Below, piece by piece: positions 63,708-64,000 of a stretch of 64,000 nt of DNA. The notes beneath the pieces are model-generated. The model was not told the origin of the DNA. It worked only from the letters and a program-made list of their open reading frames with translations, and did not search any database. Position numbers and translations under genes: made by a program. The stretch's first letter is position 1; every line of letters begins with the position of its first letter. Source of the stretch: a virus; IMG/VR virus record IMGVR_UViG_3300045988_060821, positions 80,819 through 144,818 of that record; one strand, given 5' to 3'.

Positions 63708-64000
63708 TTAATGATGCACACGCACCTCGATATTAGAAAAACCCCAATTAGTCTTAGGGAACTCTTTTTCAGTAGGAATAGAAAATCCCTTCTTCATCTT
63801 CTTAATTGCGGAATCGGGGATTCTGGCAACGCCAGTCCGCTGAGCATTACGCTCAAGAGCGGTTTCGACAGGGACATCAATGACTTCAAAGGTCAGTTTG
63901 GTATGCGGATCTGCGATCAACCGACCAAGGAGCTTTGCGCGAGAAGCGGGGCTAATATGAGTCGCATCCGCAAACACAACATCAATACCAAGTTCCATAG
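63708..64000 (-). CDS. C-terminal part of a P-loop kinase-like (polynucleotide-kinase or AAA_33-like) protein. The N-terminus lies outside the window.
   Basis: ...VVFADATHISPASRAKLL...TFEVIDVPVETALERNAQR pattern. The ORF runs off the window edge. Confidence 0.35.
   Translation of the reverse strand, partial: MELGIDVVFADATHISPASRAKLLGRLIADPHTKLTFEVIDVPVETALERNAQRTGVARIPDSAIKKMKKGFSIPTEKEFPKTNWGFSNIEVRVHH

Overview
This window is a low-GC (about 35-38%) stretch of a large tailed dsDNA phage (Caudoviricetes). Strong AGGAGG Shine-Dalgarno sites precede most starts, and the endolysin carries an SLH cell-wall-binding domain plus an Amidase_2 domain. Several TAG-free genes encode spore-surface or membrane-raft-like proteins (a BclA C-terminal-domain-like protein and a flotillin). 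Together these point to a Gram-positive, S-layer-bearing, probably spore-forming Firmicute host. That host inference is mine; it is not a database hit.

The key observation is that the genome is recoded. In-frame TAG is used as a sense codon (best supported as Gln) in dozens of genes. Genuine stops are TAA or TGA, usually followed by an SD box and an ATG. The supplied ORF track treats TAG as stop, so it fragments and under-calls genes. I merged fragments by frame, and coordinates of merged genes are good to roughly +/-3 nt.

Layout:
- 1-15700 (+): virion tail/fibre module. A tape-measure-like coiled-coil protein, several giant structural proteins with 1 TAG per ~100 codons, and a tail fibre, ending in a strong bidirectional terminator.
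- 15755-20852 (-): a complete diversity-generating retroelement. The target gene has Ig-like domains and a C-terminal VR, followed by an Avd-like ORF, TR, RT, and a translationally coupled unknown gene.
- 21107-26840 (+): fibre plus chaperone-like genes, a small serine recombinase beside a perfect 30-bp palindrome, a holin-like gene, and a TAG-free moron island (Cys-rich membrane protein, BclA-C-terminal-like protein, His/Tyr/Arg-rich protein, HExxH peptidase-like).
- 27119-64000 (-): a long replication, nucleotide-metabolism and lysis block. It holds RuvC, dUTPase, NrdD/NrdG, a guanylate-kinase-like dNMP kinase, a DnaE-type PolIII alpha, a Dda-like helicase, a lipoprotein lysozyme, DHH/RecJ, primase, DnaB, an AAA_24 ATPase, an SSB-like protein, a wHTH protein, DHFR, a divergent ThyA homolog, a P-loop protein, a TM-coiled-coil-GIY-YIG fusion, ATP ligase, T4-like topo II (GyrA/GyrB-like), RNase H, holin plus a three-domain endolysin, PIN-PhoH, a flotillin homolog, a metallophosphoesterase, a free-standing GIY-YIG homing endonuclease and a truncated kinase-like gene.

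I saw no rRNA or CRISPR array and could not support a tRNA call.
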